Of a stretch of 64,000 bases of DNA, positions 1 to 8,202 are shown piece by piece. A model generated the notes under the pieces. That model was not told the DNA's origin. It saw only the letters and a program-made list of their open reading frames with translations, and searched no databases. Where the stretch lies: NCBI GenBank assembly GCA_045658965.1, contig JAZOVZ010000099.1, positions 832 through 64,831 on the forward strand, written 5' to 3'. The first letter of the stretch is position 1, and each line of letters opens with the position of its first letter. Origin of the DNA: Eubacteriales bacterium (GTDB lineage: Bacteria; Bacillota; Clostridia; Oscillospirales; CAG-272). The position numbers and the translations under genes are program-made.

Positions 1-1
1 A

Positions 2-595
2 TCGTATGCGACTACGTGGTTTTTACCGTTTATTGTGACGGTTGCCAACCTTGGCGGCGGAATGATCGTATTTCTGTATCTGTTCATTGCGCTGCTGGTT
101 GCCATTGCGGTGGCGCTTGCAATATTTTATATCCGCGCCATTCTCAAACGCAGGACGTTTATTGCGGCGCTGCGTGAGGTTTGTAAGAACAAATCCGCAA
201 CCATATCTGATATTCAAAAGCCGTATTTGTCAATATTTACGCAACACAAGGGTGTTGATTTCACGATAGAGCACAACGGACGCTTGTATGATTGCAAATT
301 TGTGGCAAGCGTGTTCAAAAGCTCACCCATCGCGTTTGCAGACACGGGCAAGGGCATTCGACAGGATGTGCTGCGCGTGTTTAGGGTGAACGTGCTGCAC
401 ATGAATACGCTCATAGATTTCCGCATGGAGGGCGAGGGCAAGAAGATTGTGATCGTGCTGCCCGTGCCCGAGAGAATATATGTATCGGTTGACGGATCGA
501 CACCGGGTCCCGCAGATACGGGAGAGGTATTCGGAGAGTACACTCTCTATACCGCAACCGGATTCTTGGGAGCGTTGGAGCGAGATATTTTGTGA
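2..595 (+). CDS. Hypothetical membrane protein, probably 5'-truncated by the window edge
   Basis: The frame of ORF 35..595 stays open back to position 2. A hydrophobic helix (MIVFLYLFIALLVAIAVALAIFYI) precedes a soluble domain. Confidence 0.7.
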   Translation, partial: SYATTWFLPFIVTVANLGGGMIVFLYLFIALLVAIAVALAIFYIRAILKRRTFIAALREVCKNKSATISDIQKPYLSIFTQHKGVDFTIEHNGRLYDCKFVASVFKSSPIAFADTGKGIRQDVLRVFRVNVLHMNTLIDFRMEGEGKKIVIVLPVPERIYVSVDGSTPGPADTGEVFGEYTLYTATGFLGALERDIL

Positions 596-603
596 GATGT
601 TAG

Positions 604-628
604 GTAACAGGGGACGGTTCTCTGTTAC
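604..628 (+). repeat. Hairpin cassette-boundary repeat, copy 1 (GTAACAGGGGACGGTTCTCTGTTAC)
   Basis: GTAACAG/CTGTTAC inverted arms; the core GACGGTTCTCTGTTAC is identical in four intergenic copies. Confidence 0.9.
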
Positions 629-853
629 TACGGTATATGTACGAGAACGATTCGTTCTATGTCAGGAAACTTAAACTATATGATTCGATATACAAAAGGT
701 TTTGTGCTCAACGATAAAGAAATGACAGCTGAAGAATATCAAATCAAACTAATAAACGACAAGGAATATCTTTTCGTACAACACAAATCGGGAGATTATT
801 TTTACGGCGGTATAACTCCGCAATGGTATGTTTTTGAGAGGAAGGAATGGTAA
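629..853 (+). pseudogene. 5'-truncated gene fragment (C-terminus ...YTKGFVLN...HKSGDYFYGG...)
   Basis: The frame is open from the repeat to the stop at 853, with no RBS ahead of the internal ATG at 659. Its stop lies 1 nt before the next gene's ATG. Confidence 0.55.
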
Positions 854-854
854 A

Positions 855-1451
855 ATGAAAAACAAAAATAGCGTAGAGCAGTATTTTAATCAAAAAGATT
901 TTTCGATATTAGAAATAGTTTTAATAATCATAGCTGTTATTTCTCTGACCGTAGCCACGTTCGTACAAGGCGGAGGTCCTATAGGTCTTCCTATTTTGAT
1001 GCTTAGCATTATCGTCATTTGTGTTTATCGTTCTTTCAAAATCAAAGATACCGAAATCGATCAAACGCTAAAAAGAATCATACAAGACAATAAAATCGAG
1101 TGTTCTGAAAATAGTATTCAATGTTATGAACTAAAAGGCATGCTAACAAAAAGAAGAAAGGATGGAAAGTATATTTCTTCGAACTATTATATTACGAATA
1201 TTATCTTTTCATCAGAAGAGACTCTTTTTCATATCTACGTCATCGATTTAATTAAACAATCTGTAGAAGCAGTTACCCATAGTACAAAGTGTACTGAAAA
1301 AATCACTCTGATCGAGGAAAAAATCAAGACCAATTCCGGATTAGCTCACGTAGCTCACCTTAAAATAGATGATGCATTCGTAATTCCTGTCACGCTCAAT
1401 GAATACAGAACATCTCAATTAGTACAAAAAATTTGCGAGATACATAAATAA
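855..1451 (+). CDS. Hypothetical membrane protein with two N-terminal TM helices
   Basis: ORF track 828..1451; ATG at 855 follows GAAGGAA; AT-rich; two hydrophobic segments. Confidence 0.8.
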   Translation: MKNKNSVEQYFNQKDFSILEIVLIIIAVISLTVATFVQGGGPIGLPILMLSIIVICVYRSFKIKDTEIDQTLKRIIQDNKIECSENSIQCYELKGMLTKRRKDGKYISSNYYITNIIFSSEETLFHIYVIDLIKQSVEAVTHSTKCTEKITLIEEKIKTNSGLAHVAHLKIDDAFVIPVTLNEYRTSQLVQKICEIHK

Positions 1452-1462
1452 ATACATAAAAA

Positions 1463-1488
1463 GTAACAGGGGGACGGTTCTCTGTTAC
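1463..1488 (+). repeat. Hairpin cassette-boundary repeat, copy 2
   Basis: GTAACAGGGGGACGGTTCTCTGTTAC, 11 nt after the stop of the upstream gene. Confidence 0.9.
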
Positions 1489-1598
1489 CCCCTTCGAAGG
1501 TGTTGACTATTCCGACTCTTTACAATCATTGATGCAATATCGGCAGAGTAACTAAAGCCGCCGATCATTCGACGACTACTATACTGAGGAGGTTACCA

Positions 1599-2513
1599 AT
1601 GGAATATGTACTCACAACCTCGGCGCTGACGAAGACTTATCGAAAGTTTGAAGCATTGAGGGATTTAACCATGCACATTCCCAAAGGATCAATTTACGGC
1701 TTTGTGGGAAGAAATGGAGCGGGTAAGACCACGCTTATCCGCGTCATTTGTGGATTGCAAGAGCCAACAAGCGGTGAATATATGCTTTATGGCATATCAA
1801 ATAAAAGTAGAGAAATAACAAAAGCAAGGCATAGAATGGGAGCGGTAGTGGAAACTCCGTCTATCTATCTTGATATGACCGCAGAAGACAATCTCCGCCA
1901 ACAGGCACTTGTTCTTGGTCTGCCCAACTACAAGAGCATTCCCGAAATCTTGAAGCTCGTAGGACTTGAAAATACGGGGAAAAAGAAAGCTCGTCATTTC
2001 TCGCTCGGTATGAAGCAACGACTTGGAATTGCAATCGCGCTGATCGGGAACCCTGACTTCATTGTTCTTGATGAGCCAATCAACGGTCTTGATCCGCAGG
2101 GTATTGTGGAAATCAGAGAGCTTATCTTAAAGCTCAATCACGAGCACTGCATTACCGTGTTGATTTCAAGCCATATTCTCGGTGAGCTTTCCAAGCTTGC
2201 AACGCATTATGGCTTTATCGAAAAAGGTCGCATTGTAAAAGAGATCAGTGCAACTGAACTTGAGGCTGCTTGTCGCAAATGCACGAGGGTAAAAGTCAGC
2301 GATACAAAAGTACTTGCGAGTGTGCTTGACGAGTTGGCATTGGAGTATGAAATCGTAACCGATACCACGGCAATTATTTACGGCGATACCACTCTGTCCG
2401 CCCTTGCGTTAGCTCTTGCAAAAGAAGACTGTGAATTGATCTCCTCAAATGAGCAGGACGAAAACCTTGAAACGTATTTTATCAAACTGATCGGAGGTGG
2501 AGAGCATGTATAA
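1599..2513 (+). CDS. ABC transporter ATP-binding protein (BcrA/lantibiotic-immunity-like exporter)
   Basis: Walker A GRNGAGKTT, signature FSLGMKQRL, Walker B IVLDEP, SSH H-loop; GAGGAGG RBS. Confidence 0.92.
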   Translation: MEYVLTTSALTKTYRKFEALRDLTMHIPKGSIYGFVGRNGAGKTTLIRVICGLQEPTSGEYMLYGISNKSREITKARHRMGAVVETPSIYLDMTAEDNLRQQALVLGLPNYKSIPEILKLVGLENTGKKKARHFSLGMKQRLGIAIALIGNPDFIVLDEPINGLDPQGIVEIRELILKLNHEHCITVLISSHILGELSKLATHYGFIEKGRIVKEISATELEAACRKCTRVKVSDTKVLASVLDELALEYEIVTDTTAIIYGDTTLSALALALAKEDCELISSNEQDENLETYFIKLIGGGEHV

Positions 2514-3393
2514 TCTTCTTCGCTCCGGATTTTTCAGATATACGCATAGTACGGTGTTTTGGGTGTGCACGGTATTGACCGCTGTTTTCGCCCTGTTGTT
2601 CTCATGGAATATATACGCTTCTGCGGAATTGAACGAGGTTTGGTTTGTATTCGGAACGATGCCGCTTTCGATTTTGATCACGTTCATAATCGGTAATGAA
2701 TCCTCAAAATGCATTCGTAATAAAATCCCGACAGGATACACAAGAACACAAATTTATCTCTCGGAATTGATTTTAGCCAACATGTTTGTTGTGTTTTTAT
2801 TCTCCGTATTTCTTGTTTTCTCGATCGTGCTCAATATTCGATTGCTTCCGCACATTCCGTTAAAGCTTGCTTTGCAAACGGTTTTCGGCTTTCTATGCTC
2901 TGCGCTCCTTTTTGCCAACGTGTTTGCCACTATGACGTGCATCGTTTCCCATAAAACAATTTCGATCGTCATAGGACTTGCTTTGATCATTGCGCTGTAT
3001 CTTCCTTGCACAGGCGTTTCATTATTGTTGGATGAGGAGGAGTTTTTACAGGTGGGTACGTTTGAAAACGACGTGTGGGTGGAATATGAAGAAAAGAATC
3101 CGCGCTATGTGGATGAGCCGCAGCGTTCGTTGCTTATGTTTTACGATAAAGTCAATCCGTACAGCCAACGCATCTCCTATGATGATATACTGCGTCCTTT
3201 TCTGTTTGATGACGAGGCATGGGAAAGAGCCAAGCAGGCAACCGCTAATACAGTAGGAGATGCATTTCTCAAGAGAGAAATATCCGAAGACGAGCAAGTG
3301 TTTCTAAACACCACACCTTTTGCGACCATTGCGCTGATTCCTATATTTGTTCTTACCGGATGGCTTGTTTTTCGTAAGAAATCTTTTCAGTGA
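2506..3393 (+). CDS. ABC-2-type transporter permease
   Basis: About six TM helices, an 'IRNKIPTGYTRTQIYLS' loop and a large extracellular loop. Overlaps the ATPase stop; GGAGG RBS. Confidence 0.85.
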   Translation: MYNLLRSGFFRYTHSTVFWVCTVLTAVFALLFSWNIYASAELNEVWFVFGTMPLSILITFIIGNESSKCIRNKIPTGYTRTQIYLSELILANMFVVFLFSVFLVFSIVLNIRLLPHIPLKLALQTVFGFLCSALLFANVFATMTCIVSHKTISIVIGLALIIALYLPCTGVSLLLDEEEFLQVGTFENDVWVEYEEKNPRYVDEPQRSLLMFYDKVNPYSQRISYDDILRPFLFDDEAWERAKQATANTVGDAFLKREISEDEQVFLNTTPFATIALIPIFVLTGWLVFRKKSFQ

Positions 3394-3409
3394 GGGGCGA
3401 GGAGGTTAA

Positions 3410-3442
3410 GTGAAACGGGGACGGTTCTCTGTTACACACTTA
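3410..3442 (+). repeat. Hairpin cassette-boundary repeat, copy 3 (degenerate left arm)
   Basis: GTGAAACGGGGACGGTTCTCTGTTACACACTTA; core intact. Confidence 0.85.
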
Positions 3443-3491
3443 AAAGTTAGTACTTACGCAACAAAAATAATAACAAAGGAGCAATAACAAA

Positions 3492-4235
3492 ATGAAAAGC
3501 AAACACATTCAAAATATCTTGCTACTATTTGTTTGTAGCATTATAATACTCACTACAACTGCATGCGCAAACGAAGCAGATTCCCCCACGCAGACCACTG
3601 ATTCAACGCATGATATAACAACTGATATTACAAACGGCGAAACAGAACAACAATCTTCAGACTCTACAACCGAACAGGTCGATGAAGTCAACGCAATCCT
3701 TGCCGATCTGAACCACGACGGAACAGACGATAAAATTGTCATTACTTATGATGATGAGCAAAAAAGTTCTGCAACCATTCAGGTGATGAACGGTATAGAT
3801 AATTCGGAGTTGATGTCGGACACACTCATGCTTGATGGGGATAAAATTGGTGCATACTACCTTCAGGTAGGCAAGGACGGTTTTCGCGACAGTCTTGTAT
3901 CTTGGCATTATGAATATTTGGAAGACGGAAAATTATATTTCTATTACAGTGTTTTTAACTATGAACCGGATGGCAAGATTACGTATAGTGCTCGCGGCGG
4001 CGACACCTTTAATGTATCAAATAAAGGTTCAGCCATAAGAGGAGGCAAAGCTTTCTTGGTAATGATAAAAAAACTCCAAGATAACATCGATGCTTCTTGT
4101 ATTGACTATAACGGCTATCTGTTACTTGATAACCAAGGAGATAGCATATTGATCAGCACAGCGGAAAATATGCTGACTCCTACAGAGCTTATGTTTGAAT
4201 TGGAGGATTTCGTCATTGATTCCAACGCGGAATAA
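3492..4235 (+). CDS. Hypothetical lipoprotein
   Basis: Signal peptide with lipobox LTTTAC, T/D/E-rich linker, DxNxDG calcium-loop-like motif (ADLNHDGTDD); AAGGAG RBS. Confidence 0.85.
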   Translation: MKSKHIQNILLLFVCSIIILTTTACANEADSPTQTTDSTHDITTDITNGETEQQSSDSTTEQVDEVNAILADLNHDGTDDKIVITYDDEQKSSATIQVMNGIDNSELMSDTLMLDGDKIGAYYLQVGKDGFRDSLVSWHYEYLEDGKLYFYYSVFNYEPDGKITYSARGGDTFNVSNKGSAIRGGKAFLVMIKKLQDNIDASCIDYNGYLLLDNQGDSILISTAENMLTPTELMFELEDFVIDSNAE

Positions 4236-4240
4236 CTTTA

Positions 4241-4272
4241 GTAACAGGAGACGGTTCTCTGTTACACACTTA
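4241..4272 (+). repeat. Hairpin cassette-boundary repeat, copy 4
   Basis: GTAACAGGAGACGGTTCTCTGTTACACACTTA, 5 nt after the lipoprotein stop. Confidence 0.9.
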
Positions 4273-4275
4273 TAT

Positions 4276-4310
4276 GATAAAAGAGGTCGGTTAGTCCGAC
4301 CTCTTTTATC
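4276..4310. terminator. Bidirectional intrinsic terminator
   Basis: GATAAAAGAGGTCGG-ttagt-CCGACCTCTTTTATC inverted repeat between convergent genes. Confidence 0.85.
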
Positions 4311-4318
4311 GTGTTCCC

Positions 4319-4918
4319 TTATGCTCTTGTAATAATACTGATCCCTGCGGGGGAGATGCCGGTCTGCTCGTAGACAATGGCATTGATCTGCGCAAGCGCG
4401 GCTGCGCTCAGCTCGCCCTCGTGCTGCACCACGATGCTGACGGTCTCACCGCTGATAACCGCCACGCACTGCGCGTATCCCTTGGTCTTGATCAGCGATT
4501 CGATCTTTGCCTCGTTTTCCATCTCTGCGGCGATCTGTCTGATCTCGGCAACCGCCTCAGCCTTGACCTGATCGGTGGCGTTGTCGTTATCTACCACGGA
4601 ATTGAGCACCTCAAGTGCCTCGTCACGCGCCTTTTGTCTGGAGACCTGCACGCTGCTGAAGTAGGAACTCGCATCCGCAGACGTACTGTTCTGATCGCCC
4701 GTGCTCGAGCCCGTGCCCAGCGTGGTGCCGTAGTTGGTGTTCATGCCCGCGCTCTGATCGTAATTGAAGGAATCATCCTTGGTGTCCCCTGCAAAGAAGA
4801 TCCAGTTGACATATACCGCAAGACCGATCATGATGACCGCGCCGGCAATGATCAGGTTGCGCTTGCCCATTTTCTTGAAGAAATCGCCTATGGTATTGAT
4901 TACCTTTTTGAAGTTCAT
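4319..4918 (-). CDS. spoIIIAH: Stage III sporulation protein AH
   Basis: N-terminal TM, 'YFSSVQVSRQKARD', 'IESLIKTKGY'; last gene of the spoIIIA operon. Confidence 0.9.
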   Translation of the reverse strand: MNFKKVINTIGDFFKKMGKRNLIIAGAVIMIGLAVYVNWIFFAGDTKDDSFNYDQSAGMNTNYGTTLGTGSSTGDQNSTSADASSYFSSVQVSRQKARDEALEVLNSVVDNDNATDQVKAEAVAEIRQIAAEMENEAKIESLIKTKGYAQCVAVISGETVSIVVQHEGELSAAALAQINAIVYEQTGISPAGISIITRA

Positions 4919-4949
4919 ATGTAAGCCCTCCGTTTTTGTTTTACGCTAC

Positions 4950-4978
4950 ATTGTATTAAGCACTGCGCGAGAATATGC
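4950..4978 (-). promoter_or_regulatory. Candidate internal sporulation-sigma (SigE-like) promoter for spoIIIAH
   Basis: Minus strand GCATATT-14 nt-AATACAAT in the 65 bp AG/AH gap; same geometry as the spoIIIAA promoter. Confidence 0.5.
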
Positions 4979-4983
4979 CTGCT

Positions 4984-5535
4984 TTATCCGTTTTGTGCAC
5001 CGCTGACGTGAATTTTGTTTGTCCCAATGCCAAACGCCGCACTCACCAAAGCCGTCAGCTCGTTTTGCACGGCAGGGTCGGCACCGCCCTGGCATACAAT
5101 GCCCACGCCCGCAATTCCCGGTTGCTTTTTCATCAGCAAAATAGGGCTCTGTGCACTTCCCGCACCCACGATCACATAGCTTTCCTCCCACGTATAGCTG
5201 TCCCCGCCCGTTTTGCTTTCCAGATCACGGGCGTACACGTACTCGTATCCGCCGGACAGCGTGACCACAACCTGCACCTTGCCAACGCCCTGTACCTCGG
5301 CACACAGCGCAGCAATCTCACGCGAAAGCTCTTGCCTGTACGCCTGCAGCTCGCTTTGCTCGTCTGTCACGGTCGCGGTATTCTTCTGCGCACCCTTGCG
5401 GGCAGGCAGATCAAAGCTCCCCACCACCAAAAGCCCCAAGCCCACGATGGCACCCAGCACCACGATCCACAGCTTGCCGCTTTTTTTCATTTGCCCGACA
5501 GTACCCGATATTTCCGAAACACCGTTTGAATACAT
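4984..5535 (-). CDS. spoIIIAG: Stage III sporulation protein AG
   Basis: 'VQGVGKVQVVVTL', 'PGIAGVGIVCQGGADP', 'NKIHV'; operon position. Confidence 0.88.
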   Translation of the reverse strand: MYSNGVSEISGTVGQMKKSGKLWIVVLGAIVGLGLLVVGSFDLPARKGAQKNTATVTDEQSELQAYRQELSREIAALCAEVQGVGKVQVVVTLSGGYEYVYARDLESKTGGDSYTWEESYVIVGAGSAQSPILLMKKQPGIAGVGIVCQGGADPAVQNELTALVSAAFGIGTNKIHVSGAQNG

Positions 5536-5543
5536 ACCCTCTC

Positions 5544-5993
5544 CTATTCCAAAACCACCTTACATTTGCAATCCAAAAGTCCTTCCACGTATGCAATGAT
5601 GGGATCGGGATCGCGCCAGATCGCCTTGCCCGAAAGCAGCAGCGTTACCTGCGACACTCCGCCATCCTCGCCCCATTCCACCAAAATGCGGCACTGCGCG
5701 GGCGGCAAACCCTGCTCGCGCTCCAAAAGCACTTGCAGCTGCCCGACCACCAAAGCATCCGAAAATTGCTCGTAATCCTGCTGTTCCTGCTGCTCATTTT
5801 GCCACGCCTCGGGAATCTCCCAAGCCCCCTGCCCCACGGCATGCATAAGGCTCATGACGGGCGAGATCAGCAGCGCGATGACGCAAAGGCTGCAGAGCAG
5901 CTTTGCGTGCTGCATAGCACTCTCGGGCACTAAGGTACACACCAGCGCGACCAACACCGCCGCCAGAGCAAGACTGTATAAATATCCTCCCAT
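5544..5993 (-). CDS. spoIIIAF: Stage III sporulation protein AF (divergent)
   Basis: Two N-terminal TMs ('LVPESAMQHAKLLCSLCVIALLISP'); lies between AE and AG. Confidence 0.75.
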   Translation of the reverse strand: MGGYLYSLALAAVLVALVCTLVPESAMQHAKLLCSLCVIALLISPVMSLMHAVGQGAWEIPEAWQNEQQEQQDYEQFSDALVVGQLQVLLEREQGLPPAQCRILVEWGEDGGVSQVTLLLSGKAIWRDPDPIIAYVEGLLDCKCKVVLE

Positions 5994-5999
5994 GCGCCG

Positions 6000-7139
6000 T
6001 CACCCAATCCAAGCCGCGGCACTTGCCGCAAACGCACCTACGGCTATGATAAACACCGTCGTGCACATGGCAACCGCAGCAGCCATATAGCCAAACAGGC
6101 TGCTCGCCTCGCCAAGCACCGCGCTCTCGGGTGCACATCCAAGCAGATGCGCAAGCGTCGCACCGAGATCCAGCAGCGTGCGCAGAGCAAGCATTTGGAG
6201 CAGCACGGGCAGGCAAGTCAGAAACAAAAGGATCACCCCGCACCCACCCGCAAGCCCGCGCAGCATGCCCACGCCTGCGGCAAGCGTATCAAGCGAACCC
6301 GAAAGCGCACCGCCCACCACGGGGATCATCTGTCCGATGGCGTAGCGGCCGCTGCGCATGGCAAGGCTATCCGCGCGCGAGGCAAGCAGGCTTTGCGCAG
6401 ACAGACAAAGCGAGAGCAACAGCGTCAGCACGCCCAGCACCGCGGTATAAGTCTTTTTGAGAAATGCCGATATTTTGGAAAGATCCACACCCGATTCCAA
6501 TATGCCCGGCAGTGACATTGCCATGCAGCTGCCGAACAGGGGCGGCGCGATATTCGCACACACGCTGCCGCATACGTTCAGCCCCACCGCAAGCGTGGCG
6601 TTGCCCACCGTGGCACGCGTCACGTTTCCGCCCATGATATAGAGCGCACTCATCAAGGGCATGATCCCGCCCATCAGCACGCGCAACGAGGAAAAATACC
6701 CCACCATAGAATCGACCGCGGCATACCCCGCACCCGCCACCGCACCGAACAAGCAAAGCCGCGGCGCAAGGCTTGCCCACGGTAGGCTTTGCGCCTTGCC
6801 GACAGAGCGCATCAGACCGCACAAAAGGATCAATGCGCAAATCGAGGCAAGCAATCCCCCGCTTTGCCCGAATTGCAGTCCGTACACCTGCAAAAGAAGA
6901 CCCAAAAGCCCCGAAAACGAGGTCATTTGCGCAAATGCGTCGCGCACCTCTGCCACGTCACGGGAAAACAGCCCATCCGGCAAAATGGCAGCAAGCGTTT
7001 CGGGAATGCACTCCTCAAGCGCTGCGTATTGCTCGGGCAGCGTGCTGTAGTCAACGCTCGTTGGCTCTGCCGATGCGCCAAAGCACAGAAAAGCCACCGC
7101 CGCCAGCGCAATCACAACCCCAAACAACCGTTTTTTCAC
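6000..7139 (-). CDS. spoIIIAE: Stage III sporulation protein AE
   Basis: Signal peptide plus polytopic membrane protein with 'IPVVGGALS'; operon position. Confidence 0.9.
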   Translation of the reverse strand: MKKRLFGVVIALAAVAFLCFGASAEPTSVDYSTLPEQYAALEECIPETLAAILPDGLFSRDVAEVRDAFAQMTSFSGLLGLLLQVYGLQFGQSGGLLASICALILLCGLMRSVGKAQSLPWASLAPRLCLFGAVAGAGYAAVDSMVGYFSSLRVLMGGIMPLMSALYIMGGNVTRATVGNATLAVGLNVCGSVCANIAPPLFGSCMAMSLPGILESGVDLSKISAFLKKTYTAVLGVLTLLLSLCLSAQSLLASRADSLAMRSGRYAIGQMIPVVGGALSGSLDTLAAGVGMLRGLAGGCGVILLFLTCLPVLLQMLALRTLLDLGATLAHLLGCAPESAVLGEASSLFGYMAAAVAMCTTVFIIAVGAFAASAAAWIG

Positions 7140-7519
7140 GTCAACAGCTCCTTTGTCATGCCCAGTATTTCGGTGATGAGCGGCAGCGCCTGCAGCACCA
7201 CCGCAATTTTGCCCGCGCCCTCCAGCGCAGTTGCCAAGCCCGCTTCACCAAAGTCGCGGCAAATGCCCGCCCCCAAGGCAGACAGCAAGGTGAGCCCCAA
7301 CCCCGAAAGCAAAATTTCCCCGTGTGCCGTGGGCAGACTTTGCTCGGACAAGCTTTTGATCATATCCACGATGGGCTGCGCTGCGCCAAGCACCGTAAAA
7401 AAGATCAGAACCGTGCCCGCGGCACGCACGGGCAGCACCATTTCGGCTTTATATTGCTTGAGCACCCACACAGCGGCAAGGCACAGCATGGCAATGCCGC
7501 AGATCTTGAGCATATCCAT
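7136..7519 (-). CDS. spoIIIAD: Stage III sporulation protein AD
   Basis: 'ICRDFGEAGLATALEGAGKI..LQALP' motif. Confidence 0.9.
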   Translation of the reverse strand: MDMLKICGIAMLCLAAVWVLKQYKAEMVLPVRAAGTVLIFFTVLGAAQPIVDMIKSLSEQSLPTAHGEILLSGLGLTLLSALGAGICRDFGEAGLATALEGAGKIAVVLQALPLITEILGMTKELLT

Positions 7520-7522
7520 TTG

Positions 7523-7717
7523 TCAAAAGCCAAAGGTGGCATACACCAGCGAAAAAAGCTCGCCGATCTGCTCCACCAGCATGAGCAGCACCACCACAAT
7601 GCCCGCAATCGTGACTAAGGTTGCCTGCTCGTCGCGCCCCGATTTATTTAAGATCTGCGTGGCGACCGAGACCAAAAGGCCCACGCCCGCCACCTTTAAG
7701 ATAAGACCTACTTCCAT
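7523..7717 (-). CDS. spoIIIAC: Stage III sporulation protein AC
   Basis: 64 aa MEVGLILKVAGVGLLVSVATQILNKSGRDEQA..., typical of SpoIIIAC. Confidence 0.92.
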   Translation of the reverse strand: MEVGLILKVAGVGLLVSVATQILNKSGRDEQATLVTIAGIVVVLLMLVEQIGELFSLVYATFGF

Positions 7718-7719
7718 AG

Positions 7720-8202
7720 TTACCAAAGAAGGATCACCGCGCCCGCAGCGCACAGCATCCATATCGCTCCGTTCGTTTTTGCTCTTGCAGGCAGCTCATT
7801 TTCAAGCTGCGTGCGTTTTTCGCGCAAAAGCTCGATGTAATAATCACACCGCTTGATCTGCTCGTCACGAAAGCCACCGCCCAGCCCCGCGCCAAAGCTT
7901 TGCAGCACGCGATAAGTCTCGGGATCCAGATAGGCTTTGACGTGCGGCAGGAGTGCCTCAATCGACTCTACCTGCCCCGGGCACCTGCAATCGGCAAGGA
8001 TGCCCTTATCCATTGTGAGCATGATCTGCTCTACGGGCATGGCGTAACAATCGATGCGCCCCTTGATATAAAAGATCAGCGAGATCAGCGCGTCGTGCAC
8101 CCGAAGCCGCGCACGCTCGTACCGTGCAGCTCCCACGGCAAGACCCGCACCGCTGGCAAGCACCAGCATAGCCCCCACGATCTTACAGACAAGCATCCGC
8201 AC
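7720..8202 (-). CDS. spoIIIAB: Stage III sporulation protein AB
   Basis: N- and C-terminal TMs, 'FGAGLGGGFRDEQIKRC'; operon position. Confidence 0.85.
   Translation of the reverse strand: MRMLVCKIVGAMLVLASGAGLAVGAARYERARLRVHDALISLIFYIKGRIDCYAMPVEQIMLTMDKGILADCRCPGQVESIEALLPHVKAYLDPETYRVLQSFGAGLGGGFRDEQIKRCDYYIELLREKRTQLENELPARAKTNGAIWMLCAAGAVILLW

Noticed and set aside
604-4272. Repeats as a CRISPR array, classical integron attC sites or plain terminators
   Set aside because: Spacing is 0.8-1.9 kb, the 25 bp unit is much shorter than attC sites and lacks their R/L box layout, there is no U-tract, and a true terminator lies right next to copy 4.
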